A stretch of DNA of 64,000 nucleotides from an uncultured Alphaproteobacteria bacterium (GTDB lineage Bacteria > Pseudomonadota > Alphaproteobacteria > Rhizobiales > Xanthobacteraceae): contig CAWAXR010000029.1 of the NCBI GenBank assembly GCA_963786045.1, forward strand, positions 622 to 64,621, in the 5' to 3' direction. The notes beneath the pieces were generated by a model. That model worked only from the letters and a program-made list of their open reading frames with translations. It was not told where the DNA came from and ran no database searches. A program made the position numbers and the translations under genes. Shown piece by piece: positions 63,747 through 64,000 of the stretch (position 1 is the first letter of the stretch; every line of letters starts with the position of its first letter).

Positions 63747-64000
63747 TCAAGCCTGTGGAAGCTTGATGAATGGCAATATCGTATCGTCGAGCGCGTAACG
63801 ATTCCGTCCCGCGCGCTTGGCCGCATACATTCGGGAATCGGCCTGAGCGACGAGACGTTCGACGTCCGGTTCGGCATCGGCGTCGGACTGCACCACGCCG
63901 ATGCTTGCGGTCAGCGGCCTGCCGTCTGGCATCGTGCCGATTCCGTTACTCGCAAGCCGCTCGATCACGGCAACGGCGCCCGGCTCGTCGATATCGGTCA
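63747..64000 (-). CDS. C-terminal part of a GGDEF protein (runs off the window)
   Basis: LTASIGVV, LVAQADSRMYAAKRAGRNR. Confidence 0.8.
   Translation of the reverse strand, partial: TDIDEPGAVAVIERLASNGIGTMPDGRPLTASIGVVQSDADAEPDVERLVAQADSRMYAAKRAGRNRYALDDTILPFIKLPQA

Noticed and set aside
1-64000. CRISPR arrays, tRNA/rRNA genes, transposases, integrases, recognisable defence genes
   Set aside because: None were recognisable by eye. Small structured RNAs cannot be excluded without a covariance search.

Overview
GC-rich alphaproteobacterial chromosomal DNA, most likely Bradyrhizobium or a close relative (inferred from gene families, an Omp C-terminal signature and a ~500 bp intergenic repeat at ~33.9-34.4 kb). 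The first ~20 kb is intact metabolic DNA: a PQQ dehydrogenase/cytochrome c/SBP operon with a lanthanide-type DxD motif, an ABC exporter, hydrolases, an aminopeptidase, an MFS, a NicC-like flavin monooxygenase, a TetR-controlled Fe-S/Moco-fused oxidoreductase, a PDZ pseudo-protease with a LuxR partner, and MurJ. The 21-34 kb stretch is accessory: an octaheme-HEAT-TPR protein, two internally deleted pseudogenes (outer-membrane protein, arylsulfatase), an orphan TAXI protein and a rhodanese. The 29.6-64 kb stretch is dominated by c-di-GMP signalling, with four GGDEF-EAL genes plus a partial GGDEF around a Tad/Cpa pilus locus. It also holds a free-standing Cache protein, a cytidylate kinase-ParB/Srx fusion, and four tandem DctP-type binding proteins with no TRAP membrane subunits, directly upstream of a membrane GGDEF-EAL sensor. 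That array is my best candidate for an undescribed system. Frameshifts are very frequent after ~36 kb and are probably read or assembly indels. All calls come from motif reading only; no database searches were run.
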